Positions 8,963 through 21,419 of a DNA stretch of 32,000 nucleotides are shown here, in pieces; position 1 is the stretch's first letter, and each line of letters begins with the position of its first letter. The stretch is from contig NC_017080.1 of the NCBI RefSeq assembly GCF_000284115.1, forward strand, positions 2,790,001 through 2,822,000. Reading direction: 5' to 3'. A model generated the notes under the pieces. That model worked only from the letters and a program-made list of their open reading frames with translations. It was not told the origin of the DNA and did no database searches. The translations under genes were made by a program, and so were the position numbers. This stretch comes from Phycisphaera mikurensis NBRC 102666 (lineage in GTDB: Bacteria; Planctomycetota; Phycisphaerae; Phycisphaerales; Phycisphaeraceae).

Positions 8963-9871
8963 TCAGCTGCGCACGAAGTGCCCCGCCTCCACCTCCTGGA
9001 GGCACGCCCCTTCACGCCGGTCCAGCGCCGCCCCCGCGGGCACGGTCGGCAGCCGCTCGGGCGTGTGCCCCAGCCGCGGCATCGCCGCGAGCAGCCCCCG
9101 CGTGTACGGGTGACGCGGATCCGCGAACAGCTCGTCCACGCCGGCCACCTCCAGCACCCGGCCGCCCTGCATCACCACCACGCGGTCCGCGTTCTCGGCG
9201 ACCACGCCCAGGTCGTGGGTGATGAGCATCACCGCCATCCCGCGCTCCGCCTGCAGCGTGCGGAGCAGCCCGAGGATCTGCGCCTGGATCGTCACGTCCA
9301 GCGCCGTCGTCGGCTCGTCGGCCAGCAGCAGCCGCGGCCGGCACGCCAGCGCCATCGCGATCATGTAACGCTGCCGCATCCCGCCCGAGGCCTGGTGCGG
9401 GTACTCGTGCAGCCGGGCCGCGGGGTCGGCCACGCCCACGGCCTGGAGCGCGTCCCGCGCCACGCCCTCCGCCTCACCCGGTGAGACGTCCCGGTGCAGC
9501 AGCACCGCCTCGGTGATCTGATCGCCGATCGTGTAGACCGGATTCAGCGACGTCATCGGCTCCTGGAAGATCATCGCGATCTGGGCTCCGCGCACCCGCC
9601 GCATGCGTTTCTCGGGCTGCGCCAGGAGGTCGATCGCGTCGCCGTCGGCCCCGCCCCGCCACCAGATCTCGCCGCTTGTGGTCTCCCCCGGCGGCTCGGG
9701 GATCAGCCCCAGCACGCTCATCGCCGTCACGCTCTTCCCCGAGCCCGACTCTCCGACCACCGCCAGCGTCTCGCCGGCGTGAACCTCCATCGACACCCCA
9801 TCCGCCGCGACCACGTCGCCGAAGCGGACCGTCAGATCGCGGACTTCCAGCAGCGGAGGGGCATCCTGCAT
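8963..9871 (-). CDS. ABC transporter ATP-binding protein, OppD/DppD peptide-nickel family
   Basis: 302 aa; Walker [32 protein letters not shown], signature SGGMRQR, Walker [14 protein letters not shown]-terminal [13 protein letters not shown]. Confidence 0.95.
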   Translation of the reverse strand: MQDAPPLLEVRDLTVRFGDVVAADGVSMEVHAGETLAVVGESGSGKSVTAMSVLGLIPEPPGETTSGEIWWRGGADGDAIDLLAQPEKRMRRVRGAQIAMIFQEPMTSLNPVYTIGDQITEAVLLHRDVSPGEAEGVARDALQAVGVADPAARLHEYPHQASGGMRQRYMIAMALACRPRLLLADEPTTALDVTIQAQILGLLRTLQAERGMAVMLITHDLGVVAENADRVVVMQGGRVLEVAGVDELFADPRHPYTRGLLAAMPRLGHTPERLPTVPAGAALDRREGACLQEVEAGHFVRS

Positions 9872-9936
9872 GGAGCGAGGTTAAGGGAGGGGCGGGCGGC
9901 GTACGAGCAGCCGCTCCGAAGGAGCCCAGCCCCCGA

Positions 9937-11064
9937 TCAGCGCTTCCCCAGCTCCCCCGGGTTCAACCCAAGGAGGTCCTCCACCACGAACAGCCCGTCC
10001 TTCCGCACGAGCTCGCCGTCGAGGTGCAGCTCCCCGCCGCCGCGGCGCTCGTCCTGGATCAGCACCAGGTCCCAGTGGATGTCGCTGCGGTTGCCGTTGT
10101 TGGCGGCCTCGTAAGCGCGGCCGAGGGCGAGGTGGACGCTGCCGCCGATCTTCTCGTCGAACAGGATGTCGCCCATGGGCTCGGTGATCACCGGGTGGAA
10201 ACCGACGGCGAACTCGCCGAAGGATCTCGCCCCCTCGTCCGTGGCGAGGATGGCATCGAGGGCCTCCTGGCCCGCGGCGGCGGTGGCACGGGTGACCACG
10301 CCGTCGGCCAGCTCCAGCCGCACGCGGTCGAGGGGCTTGCCGAGGTAGCGGGTGGGCGTGTTGAAGGCGATGACCCCGTTGGCGGAGCCCGCGACCGGTG
10401 CGGAGAAGCACTCGCCGTCGGGCACGTTGTGCCCGCCGGTGCAGGCGACGGCGGGAACGCCGGCGATCGAGAAGGAGAGGTCGGTGTCGCCGGGGCCGAC
10501 GATCCGCACGTGCTCGGCCGCGGCCATCCGCCGCTCCAGCGGCTTGACCGCCTCGGCCATCGCCGGGTAATCGGCGTTGCAGACCGAGAAGTAGAAGTCC
10601 TCGAAGTCGCGGGTGCTCCGGCCCGCCGCCTGCGCCATGGAAGGCGTCGGCCAGCGAAGCACGCACCACCGCGTGTGCTTCACGCGCTGCTCGCCGTGGA
10701 CGGGCGTCTGGTACAGCCGGGCGTGCTTCTGCGCGTCCGACTCCGAGAGGCCGGCCAGCTCGGCGGAGTTGTGGGCGCCCCGCATCCCGATGTAGGCGTC
10801 CATGCGCTTCATGCGGTCCAGGTCGTTCGCCGCCCAGGTGTCGAGCTGCTCGGCGTCGGCTCCATCGAGCAGCGCCCGCTGAACCTCACCGCTCCGCAGC
10901 GCGACGTGCGGGTGCGCGCCGAGGCGCTTGGCCCCCTCGATCAACGCCACCACCATCGCCTCGGGCAGGTCGAACGCCTCGATGAGCAGGTGCTCGCCGG
11001 GCTGGAGCTTGGTGGAGTGGTGGAGGAGCGTGTGCGCGAGCTGCGTGATGCGGGGATCGGTCAT
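9937..11064 (-). CDS. Aminopeptidase, M29 (thermophilic metallopeptidase)-like
   Basis: 375 aa from ATG at 11064 (MTDPRITQLAHTLLHHSTKLQPGEHLLIEAF...); C-terminal GSVHLALGRAYEAANNGNRSDIHWDLVLI resembles the metal-binding region of M29. ORF extension upstream of 11064 runs into a repeat array and is not considered coding. Confidence 0.85.
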   Translation of the reverse strand: MTDPRITQLAHTLLHHSTKLQPGEHLLIEAFDLPEAMVVALIEGAKRLGAHPHVALRSGEVQRALLDGADAEQLDTWAANDLDRMKRMDAYIGMRGAHNSAELAGLSESDAQKHARLYQTPVHGEQRVKHTRWCVLRWPTPSMAQAAGRSTRDFEDFYFSVCNADYPAMAEAVKPLERRMAAAEHVRIVGPGDTDLSFSIAGVPAVACTGGHNVPDGECFSAPVAGSANGVIAFNTPTRYLGKPLDRVRLELADGVVTRATAAAGQEALDAILATDEGARSFGEFAVGFHPVITEPMGDILFDEKIGGSVHLALGRAYEAANNGNRSDIHWDLVLIQDERRGGGELHLDGELVRKDGLFVVEDLLGLNPGELGKR

Positions 11065-11107
11065 GGCCTGTTGTAGGAACGGCCTCCCGCCGGAAAGGAA
11101 AAACAGA

Positions 11108-11511
11108 GAAACGGACCGGAACGAGAACAGACCCGGCAAAGGGACCCGGAAAAGGGGACCCGGAAAAGGTGACAGCCACCGTATAGGGACGACCCGGAAA
11201 AGGGACCCGGAAAAGGTGACAGCCACCGTATAGGGACGACCCGGAAAAGGTGACAGCCACCGTATAGGGACGACCCGGAAAAGGTGACAGCCACCGTTCA
11301 GGGACGAGGAAAAGGACCCGGAAAAGGTGACAGCCACCGTATAGGGACGGGCCCGGAAAAGGTGGGAGCCGCAAAAGGTGGCCCGGAAAAGGGCCCGAAA
11401 AGGTGGCAGCCACCGTTTAAGAGGACCCGGAAAAGGTGACAGCCACCGTTTAGACCCGGAAAAGATGAAAGCCACCGTTCAGGGACGAGGAAAAGGTGAC
11501 AGGCACCCATC
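11108..11511. repeat. Intergenic tandem/variant repeat array, consensus 34-bp unit CCCGGAAAAGGTGACAGCCACCGTATAGGGACGA
   Basis: Full-length units at 11159-11192, 11206-11239 and 11240-11273, with shorter and diverged copies from 11193, 11274, 11317 and onward. About ten copies or variants of the core GGTGACAGCCACC(GT) in total. Confidence 0.95.
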
Positions 11512-11572
11512 GGATCCGCCGGCAAGGATCGAGCCACGGCTGCCAGCCGGGTCGTCATCCTGCCCAACGCCA

Positions 11573-11590
11573 CGGACGAAGTGCTTCGTC
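11573..11590. terminator. Hairpin GGACGAAG-TG-CTTCGTCC downstream of secDF (possible transcript end)
   Basis: Perfect short inverted repeat in the secDF 3' intergenic region; no T tract, so weak. Confidence 0.25.
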
Positions 11591-11647
11591 CGCATCGGCC
11601 GCCGGAGACACCAGCGAATGGACCTGACCCCTTCGCTCTCGTCCTGC

Positions 11648-14600
11648 TCAGGCCGTCGCCGGCCGCCCCGCCGCCGCTGGCGACGGCTTCTTGGCCTTGC
11701 CCCCGCCGACCAGCAGCAGCGGGGCCGCGATGGCGAACGACGAGTAGGTGCCCACGAAGACGCCGATCAACATCGCGAAGGCGAAGCCGTGAACGCCCGG
11801 GCCGCCGAGCAGGTAGAGGATGCCGACGGCGAGCAGCGTGGTGCCCGAGGTCAGCACCGTCCGGCTGATCGTCTGGTTGATCGAGTCGTTGACGATCTGC
11901 GGCGTCGGCTCGGGGAGCCGGCCCTTGTTCTCGCGGATGCGGTCGAAGATGATGATCGTGTCGTTGAGCGAGTAGCCGATCAGCGTCAGGATCGCGGCGA
12001 CGATCGCCAGGTTGATCTTGAAGTCGTCGAGCAGGAAGGCCTGCGCCCAGCTCTGCCCGTAGAGCCAGCCGCAGATCGCGAGCAGCCCCACGGCCGCCGC
12101 CACGTCGTGGACGAGCGCGACGATCGCCGCGAGGCCGTAGCGGAAGCTGCCGAAGCGGAGCGCGATGTAGGCGATCACGACGAGGATCGACAGCACCATG
12201 GCCGCGAGCGCCTGCTGCTGCATCGTGCCGGAGACCTGGCTGTCGAACTTGGTCACCGACGCGAGCGAGGAGTCGGTCGCGAGCGCGTCCTGCACGAGCT
12301 TCCACTCGGTGGCGGCGAGGCCGTCGGCCGCGTCGAAGCCGGTGCGGTCGGCCGCGTAATCGGTGAGGCCGTCGGAGGCCAGCACGACCATCCGCGAGAA
12401 GGCGGGCTCGCCGTCGGCGTTCACGCCGCCGCGGTCCAGCCCGATCACCTCGAAGTCGCGGAAGCCCAGCTCGGCGAAGTCGGGCTGGCGGCGCATCCGC
12501 ATGATGCGGTCGGTGACGTCGGCGACCGACGCGGCGGGCTCGAGCCCCTCGAGCACCAGGGCGACGCCGCCGGTGTAGGCCCGCGTGTCGACCTGCACGG
12601 TGGGGTCGTCGATGACCTCCGAGAGCTGCCCCGCGTCGATGGGTTCGACCCGCCCGGCGGCCTCGCCCACGCTGCGGCCGGCGTCGGCGAAGGAGATGGC
12701 CGAGGTGGTGTCGAGCACGTCGGCGAAGGCGGTCTTCACCGCCTCGGACACCGCCTCGGCGTCGGACACCAGCGTCGCGATCGTGAAGCCGGTCGTCGCC
12801 CCGGTGACCGGGTCCTTGGTGTTGACCACGCTCGCGTTCTCGAGCTTCAGCCAGTCCACCGAGTCGTCACCCGAGGCCGCCTGGTCTTCGGCGTACGCCT
12901 CGAGCCGCTGCCGCGCCTCGGGCAGCTCCATCGACTTGCCCTCGGCAAACTCGACGACCACCTCCGTGCCGGAGCGGAACTCGATGTCGAGCACCTCGGC
13001 CCCCCGGCTGACCAGCACGATGCCGCCCAGGACGATCACCGCGGCGGAGAAGGGCAGGAAGAACCTGCGGAGCGCGAACCAGTCGATGTTCGGCTCGAGC
13101 AGCCGCCGGAGGACCGGCACCTTGTCGGGAAGCACCGTCATCCGCTGCGGCTTGAGGTAGACGACCGCCAGCTCGAAGAGCACGCGCGAGCCGAACAGCG
13201 TCGCGAAGAGGGTGGAGAGGATGCCGATGCCCAGCACCAGCGCGAAGCCCTTGATCTCGCTGGTGGCGGTGTAGTAGAGCACCACGCAGGTGAGCAGCGA
13301 GGTCACGTTCGCGTCGAGGATCGAGGAGAACGCCTTGCTGAAGCCCTCGCGGACGGCAACCGGGAACTCGACACCCCGGACCCGCTCCTCGCGGATCCGC
13401 TCGAAGATCAGCACGTTCGCGTCCACCGCCATGCCGATCGTCAGCACGAGGCCGGCGATGCCCGGCAGCGTGAACGTGGCGTCGAGCATCGCCATGATCC
13501 CGAGGATCGAGATCATCGTCACCGCGAGAGCGACCACCGCCACCAGCCCGGCGAAGAAGTAGTAGACGATCATGAAGACCGCCACGATCAGCAGCGCCAC
13601 GACCGAGGCGCGGATGCCCGCCTCGAGGTTGTCGCGGCCGAGCTGGGGGCCGGTGCTCTTGATCGAGATCGGGTCGTAGGACAGCGTCGCGGCGAGCGAG
13701 CCGGCCCGCAGCGTCTTCGCCAGCGCCTGCGCCTCGTCGTTGTTGAAGCTGCCGGTGATCTGGACGCCGCCGCGGCCGAGCGCGTCGTTGATGTTCGGGG
13801 CGGTGTAGACCCGGCCGTCGAGCAGAACCGCCATCGGGCGGCCGATGTTCGGCGCCGTCATCTGGCGGAGGAGACCGGCTCCGGCGACGTCGAGGTTGAA
13901 GACCACGGCGGGAGCCCCGTTGGGGTCCTGGCCGACGCCGGCGGAGGCGAGCGCCCACTCGTCGTCCCCGGTCATCGCGAGGCCGCGGCTGTTCGCCAGC
14001 AGCATGTAGGGCTCGCCGTCGTACTCCGCGAACACGTAGCCGGGGCGGCTGGCCTGCAGGATCGCCGTCGTCCGCGAGGGATCGGCCTTGATCGCCTCGC
14101 GGGCGGCGCGGTCGTTGCGGCTGTCCACGAAGGAGAGCGGATCCTTCAAGGGGAACCAGCGCCACGGCTCGCCGCGGCCGCCCCGCGTGCCGCTCTCGGC
14201 GAGCAGCGTGCGGTAACGCTCCACGTCGGCGGGTCGCTCGCCGGAGGTCGCCGCGATCCGGAACTCCAGCACGCCCTGGCCGCGGAGCAGCCGGATGAGG
14301 TCGTTGGGGTCGTCCAGCGGGCCCTTGACTTCGTCGTAGGCGTCGCTGGCGGCGGCGACGGCGTCCACGGCCTCGGAGCGCTCCGGCGCCGCGGCCTTGA
14401 GCGCACGCAGCGCCGCCGCGCGGGGCGACTCCGCCTCGCCACGGCCCGCGTCGCGGGGCAGCGCCAGCGTCCGCTCCAGCTCCGCGGGCGTGATGGTTTC
14501 CGCGAGGAGGGCGTCGCGGGCCGCCCGGTACGCGTCGCGGGCGTCGAGCAGGCGGACCGCCGCGGCGTCGACCGCGTCCTGCCCGCGGTCCGGGTCCGAC

Positions 14601-15106
14601 TCCGCCGCCTCGTAGGCCGCCCGGGCCGCGTCGCGGTCGGCGGCCAGCGTGCTGAGCCCCTCCAGCGCCTCCGCCTGAGCGGGGTGCGCCGCGGCGAGCG
14701 CGGCCACGGCCTCGTCCCGCTCGGCCCCGCTGCGCGACAGCGCCGCCTCGAGGTCGCGCTCCGAGAGGTTGCCCTCGAGCAGGTCCCGCTTCGCCTGCTC
14801 CAGCGCTTGCCGCCGCTCGCCGACCACGGGCGGGGCCTGCGCCATCTGGACGGTCAGGCGGTTGCCCGCTTCGCCCCGCCACACCAGGTTGCGGATGCCG
14901 CGGGGGTCGACGCGGTCCTTGAGGATCGCGATGGTGTCCTCGATCGCCGTACGCGAGTCCGCCGAGGGCGGCACCTGCACCGAATACGTCAGCGTGGTGC
15001 CGCCGGCGAGGTCGATGCCGGGGTTGAGGCCCTGCGTCCAGAGCAGCAGCGCACTGAGAAGCACCACGGAGGCGAGGAGGATCGGTTTCCAGACGGGGTA
15101 GCGCAT
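11648..15106 (-). CDS. secDF: Protein translocase subunit SecD-SecF fusion
   Basis: 1152 aa; SecD part GIDLAGGTTLTYSV...GGVQITGSFNNDEAQALAKTLRAGSL, GLVLTIGMAVDANVLIFERIREE; SecF part DIEFRSGTEVVVEF, YSLNDTIIIFDRIREN, NDSINQTISRTVLTS. Confidence 0.96.
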   Translation of the reverse strand: MRYPVWKPILLASVVLLSALLLWTQGLNPGIDLAGGTTLTYSVQVPPSADSRTAIEDTIAILKDRVDPRGIRNLVWRGEAGNRLTVQMAQAPPVVGERRQALEQAKRDLLEGNLSERDLEAALSRSGAERDEAVAALAAAHPAQAEALEGLSTLAADRDAARAAYEAAESDPDRGQDAVDAAAVRLLDARDAYRAARDALLAETITPAELERTLALPRDAGRGEAESPRAAALRALKAAAPERSEAVDAVAAASDAYDEVKGPLDDPNDLIRLLRGQGVLEFRIAATSGERPADVERYRTLLAESGTRGGRGEPWRWFPLKDPLSFVDSRNDRAAREAIKADPSRTTAILQASRPGYVFAEYDGEPYMLLANSRGLAMTGDDEWALASAGVGQDPNGAPAVVFNLDVAGAGLLRQMTAPNIGRPMAVLLDGRVYTAPNINDALGRGGVQITGSFNNDEAQALAKTLRAGSLAATLSYDPISIKSTGPQLGRDNLEAGIRASVVALLIVAVFMIVYYFFAGLVAVVALAVTMISILGIMAMLDATFTLPGIAGLVLTIGMAVDANVLIFERIREERVRGVEFPVAVREGFSKAFSSILDANVTSLLTCVVLYYTATSEIKGFALVLGIGILSTLFATLFGSRVLFELAVVYLKPQRMTVLPDKVPVLRRLLEPNIDWFALRRFFLPFSAAVIVLGGIVLVSRGAEVLDIEFRSGTEVVVEFAEGKSMELPEARQRLEAYAEDQAASGDDSVDWLKLENASVVNTKDPVTGATTGFTIATLVSDAEAVSEAVKTAFADVLDTTSAISFADAGRSVGEAAGRVEPIDAGQLSEVIDDPTVQVDTRAYTGGVALVLEGLEPAASVADVTDRIMRMRRQPDFAELGFRDFEVIGLDRGGVNADGEPAFSRMVVLASDGLTDYAADRTGFDAADGLAATEWKLVQDALATDSSLASVTKFDSQVSGTMQQQALAAMVLSILVVIAYIALRFGSFRYGLAAIVALVHDVAAAVGLLAICGWLYGQSWAQAFLLDDFKINLAIVAAILTLIGYSLNDTIIIFDRIRENKGRLPEPTPQIVNDSINQTISRTVLTSGTTLLAVGILYLLGGPGVHGFAFAMLIGVFVGTYSSFAIAAPLLLVGGGKAKKPSPAAAGRPATA

Positions 15107-15218
15107 GGCGGCGTGGGCCCTGCGGGCCGAACTTGAGAGGAGGCGATTTCCGCCGACGGCGGCGGTGGATCCGCGGACCGCGGCTCCAAAGCGGCGCGGG
15201 CGGCCGCGGTCCGCGGAC

Positions 15219-15638
15219 TCAGGAGAGCACGGTGGTGACGGCAGACTTCGCGAAGCGGAGGCGGGTGTTGGAGTTCTCGTCCACCTTCACCACGAGCTCG
15301 TCGTCACGCACCTCCACCACGGTGCCCAGGATGCCGCCGACGGTCTGCACCTTCGAGCCCTTCGCCAGCGAGGCGAGCAGCTCGGCCTTCTTCTTCTTCT
15401 CCTTCCGCCCGGAGGTGATCGAGAAGAAGATCATCACCAGGAACATGCCCCCGATGATCAGCAGGAAGGAGCCGCCGAAGGGGTCCTGCACCGGGCGGGC
15501 ACCCGTCGCGGAAGGGTCGCCCAGGGGGGCCCCGTCCGCGCCGGTGATGGGGGTGGCGTCCGCGGGCGGCGGCGCGGTCTCGGCCGGCGGCGGAGCGGTG
15601 GGTGCGGGTGCGGCTTCGGCTTGGGCGATCAGGAGCAT
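15219..15638 (-). CDS. yajC: Preprotein translocase subunit YajC
   Basis: 139 aa; GGSFLLIIGGMFLVMIFFSITSGRKEKKKKAELLASLAKGSKVQTVGGILGTVVEVRDDELVVKVDENSNTRLRFAKSAVTTVL. Confidence 0.92.
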   Translation of the reverse strand: MLLIAQAEAAPAPTAPPPAETAPPPADATPITGADGAPLGDPSATGARPVQDPFGGSFLLIIGGMFLVMIFFSITSGRKEKKKKAELLASLAKGSKVQTVGGILGTVVEVRDDELVVKVDENSNTRLRFAKSAVTTVLS

Positions 15639-15944
15639 GGAGGTCCCGGCGGGGGATTTTCTGGGAGGGAGCGAACCGGAAGCCCCCGGCCGGCGCGAAC
15701 GCCGCCCGGTGGGCCGGAGAGCTTACGGACTCGCGGGCCGCCGCGGTTCGCCGCGCTCCCGAGGACAAGCGGAGCAGGAAGGCAACCCGCGAATGATCGC
15801 AGACGGACACGGACGAAGACGCGCGTGCATGGAAGAGCGGAAAGCCCTCAGGGCGTTGAGGCTGCCTCCACGTCCATGCGCTGGGCGGACGGCTCCGGCT
15901 TCCGGGGGGCTTCGTCTGCCGCGGCGAGGTCGAGCCCCGTGGGT

Positions 15945-17108
15945 TCATCTGCGCTCATCGGCGGCTTGCCCCTCTTCGGGACCGATCGCGCAGGGCCAGC
16001 GAGAGAAGAACGCGTCCCAGCGGCCGCCGGGGATCGTCGCCCGCAGGTCGGCCATCAGCCGCTGGTACAGCCGCAGGTTGTGCAGCGTGAGCAGCACCCC
16101 GCCGAGGATCTCCCCGCACTTGACGAGGTGGTGCAGGTACGCCCGCGTGTACCCGCCGACGCACGCCGGGCAGTCGCAGGCGTCTTCCAGCACCGCAAAG
16201 TCCTCGCGGAAGGGCGCGTTCTTGAGCTTGAGCGCCCCCGCCGCCGTGAAGGCGTGACCGCTGCGGCCGTGCCGCGTGGGCAGCACGCAGTCGAAGAGGT
16301 CCACGCCGCTGCGGACCGCCGCCACGATGTCGCGCGGGTAGCCGACGCCCATCAGGTAGCGCGGCTTGTCCGCCGGCATGAGCGGAGCCGTGTGGGCGAC
16401 GATCCGGTCGATCGCCGCCGTGTCCTCGCCCACCGCCACGCCGCCGATCGCGTAGCCGGGCAGGTCGTGCGAGCACACCGCCTCCACGCACGCCGCCCGG
16501 TCGCCCTCGTCGGTCCCGCCCTGGACGATGCCGAAGAGCGCCTGCCGGCCGTCGCGGCCGCGGCCGCGGTGGAAGGCCACGCAGCGGTCCAGCCACCGGT
16601 GCGTCCGCTCCATCGCCAGCTTCGACCGCTCCCGGGCCGCCGCCGGATCGTCGCCGCCGGCCGGCGGGCAGTCGTCGAAGGCCATCAGGATGTCGCCGCC
16701 GATCGCGTGCTGCGTCGCGATCGAACGCTCCGGCGTCAGGTCGACGAGGTCCCCGTTGAGCGGGTTCTTGAAGACGACGCCGTCCTCGCCGATCCGGTTG
16801 ATGTGCCCCAGCGAGAACACCTGGAAGCCGCCGGAGTCGGTCAGGATCGGCCCGTCCCACCGCATGAAGCGGTGGAGGCCCCCGGCTCTTTCCAGCAGCT
16901 CCGGCCCCGGCCGCAGCAGCAGGTGGTACGTGTTGCCCAGCAGGATCCCCGCCCCCGTGGCCCGCACCTGCTCCGGCGTCACGCCCTTGACCGTGCCCTG
17001 CGTCCCCACGGTCATGAACGCCGGCGTCGGGAAGCTCCCGTGCGGGGTGTGCACCGTCCCGGTGCGCGGGCCGGCGGGGCCGGATGCGTGGTGGAGCTCG
17101 AACTTCAC
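15945..17108 (-). CDS. tgt: Queuine tRNA-ribosyltransferase
   Basis: 387 aa; LTDSGGFQVFSL, GGLAVG-like YAIGGVAVGED, RYLMGVGYPRDIVAAV, DLFDCVLPTRHGRSG, zinc-binding CDCPAC...H. Confidence 0.97.
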   Translation of the reverse strand: MKFELHHASGPAGPRTGTVHTPHGSFPTPAFMTVGTQGTVKGVTPEQVRATGAGILLGNTYHLLLRPGPELLERAGGLHRFMRWDGPILTDSGGFQVFSLGHINRIGEDGVVFKNPLNGDLVDLTPERSIATQHAIGGDILMAFDDCPPAGGDDPAAARERSKLAMERTHRWLDRCVAFHRGRGRDGRQALFGIVQGGTDEGDRAACVEAVCSHDLPGYAIGGVAVGEDTAAIDRIVAHTAPLMPADKPRYLMGVGYPRDIVAAVRSGVDLFDCVLPTRHGRSGHAFTAAGALKLKNAPFREDFAVLEDACDCPACVGGYTRAYLHHLVKCGEILGGVLLTLHNLRLYQRLMADLRATIPGGRWDAFFSRWPCAIGPEEGQAADERR

Positions 17109-17149
17109 GGGGGGAACATGACAGATCCGCTCCGGCTCTAGTCTTGCGC

Positions 17150-20131
<2,982 letters not shown>

Positions 20132-20164
20132 ACTCCGCTGCGCGGGGAGCCTCCGCCGACGAAG

Positions 20165-20181
20165 CCCCGCCCTCGGCGGGG
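20165..20181. terminator. GC-rich hairpin CCCCGCC-CTC-GGCGGGG downstream of gcvP
   Basis: Perfect 7-bp inverted repeat 34 nt after the gcvP stop; no T tract. Confidence 0.4.
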
Positions 20182-20261
20182 AAGGTCGCTGTGCAACCTG
20201 GAGCGTGGTTGTTCCATGTGACGTGGCCACGCGTGATGACGACGGGCTCCGGCATCGCCGA

Positions 20262-20990
20262 TCAGTCGAGACCCAGGTCGTCGACGAGTCGGTGATCAGA
20301 GCGAACCTCTTCCGGCCGCACCCCGACGTACCAAGCCACGATTCGCCGCAGCTCCGGCCAGACCTGCTCCGCCGCAGGCCGCTGCCCGGGCGGCAGCGAT
20401 GAGGCGGAGGCGGTTGCGAGCCAGGCCGCGACATCCCCGAAGCGCGTCCAGCCTTCCGGCGGGCGGTGGGGAAGTCGCCGCGCTGCGAGCGTCGCGAGGG
20501 CCGGCGGGCACAAGCCGACAATGATCGCTCCGGGGACCACCTCGACGGAGCGGAAGAACGCCCACGACGCGGCGGCGGCGGCAAGCGGGAAGCCCACCCA
20601 GAGCGTCCGCAGAACCGGACGCGTTCCGGCAGGCGGGCGGAGCTCCGGCGGATAGAACCCATCGTCGATCAGCTTCTGGTGGAAGCGTCGCAACTCCCTT
20701 GGTCCGAGCACGTCCAGCGGGCGGCGATCGAAGTCGGGCATCGAGGCGTTTCCGCCGCCTGTCCGACCGGTCGTTGCACGACGCCAACGCTCCGCAATCT
20801 GATCGCGAGCCGATCGTTCTGCCGCTTCCGAATCGCCCTGCAAGCGTTCCTCGATCAGGCGGAGCAGGTCCGCGACCGTGACGACCGACGACGCTTCGGC
20901 AGCGGGGATGAGGATCCCGAAGCGTGCTTCCACGTCCAGCGTCAGCTCGACCGTCCCGAGTCCCATGCGATCCGACCGATCATTCTGCAC
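20262..20990 (-). CDS. Hypothetical membrane protein with ACP-like partial domains at both ends (possibly degenerate)
   Basis: 242 aa; N-term [41 protein letters not shown] resembles ACP helices II-IV; C-term [22 protein letters not shown] resembles ACP helix I and stops at the phosphopantetheine loop; hydrophobic segment in the middle. Confidence 0.6.
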   Translation of the reverse strand: MQNDRSDRMGLGTVELTLDVEARFGILIPAAEASSVVTVADLLRLIEERLQGDSEAAERSARDQIAERWRRATTGRTGGGNASMPDFDRRPLDVLGPRELRRFHQKLIDDGFYPPELRPPAGTRPVLRTLWVGFPLAAAAASWAFFRSVEVVPGAIIVGLCPPALATLAARRLPHRPPEGWTRFGDVAAWLATASASSLPPGQRPAAEQVWPELRRIVAWYVGVRPEEVRSDHRLVDDLGLD

Positions 20991-21005
20991 TTCAGAGTGG
21001 GTGCT

Positions 21006-21419
21006 TCATCCTTCCGGCGTGATCAGCCGCACCTCCGGGAAGTACGTCCGGAAGCGTTTCGCATCGCGGGTCAGCAGCGCATGCCCCGCCGCCTCGGCGT
21101 GCGCTCCGATGAAGAAGTCGGGCAGACACGTCGCCCGCCGGCCGCCGCCGCGGCGGTAGGCGAGAAACGCGCGAGAGGCGGGGAAAGCAGCGGCGTAGGG
21201 CAACGGCTCCCGCCGGATGGCCAGCGGCAGCAGGAAGTCGTCCAATGCCGCCGGATCCGAAGAGCCGGGCGCCAGCTCCGCGTAGATCACCGGGTTGATT
21301 CACGCCTGATCGGCGTCGATCAGTCCGGCGATCGCCGCCTCGGAAGGTGCTTGCGGTTCGCCCGACGCCTGCATGAGGTCGATGAGCACGTTGGCGTCGA
21401 CGAGAACGCCCCCGCTCAC
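21006..21419 (-). pseudogene. VapC-like PIN-domain toxin interrupted by an in-frame TGA (complement of 21300-21302)
   Basis: Manual translation: [63 protein letters not shown]...[41 protein letters not shown]. Same frame on both sides of the stop; PIN acidic residues present. Confidence 0.75.

Noticed and set aside
11061-11475. N-terminal extension of the aminopeptidase or a repeat protein (SPYTVAVTFSG / LYGGCHLFRV / IRWLSPFPG peptides)
   Set aside because: All three minus-strand frames are open through the 34-bp repeat, and the M29-like protein has a natural start at 11064. Likely non-coding.
11108-11511. CRISPR array
   Set aside because: Copies are contiguous or nearly so, with no uniform unique spacers, units diverge internally, and no cas genes are nearby.
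11378-15136. 1252-aa plus-strand ORF antisense to secDF, and similar huge ORFs (6094..8187, 21456..24194, 27509..30304, 17138..20662)
   Set aside because: Products are Arg/His/Pro/Gly-rich with no recognisable domain and lie opposite or frame-shifted to clearly conserved genes. This is the expected artefact of scarce stop codons in very GC-rich DNA.
21006-21419. Selenocysteine or other recoded TGA in the PIN-domain gene
   Set aside because: No SECIS-like element was evident, and no selenocysteine is expected between Ala and the conserved INPVxYAE strand. Pseudogene or sequence variant is simpler.
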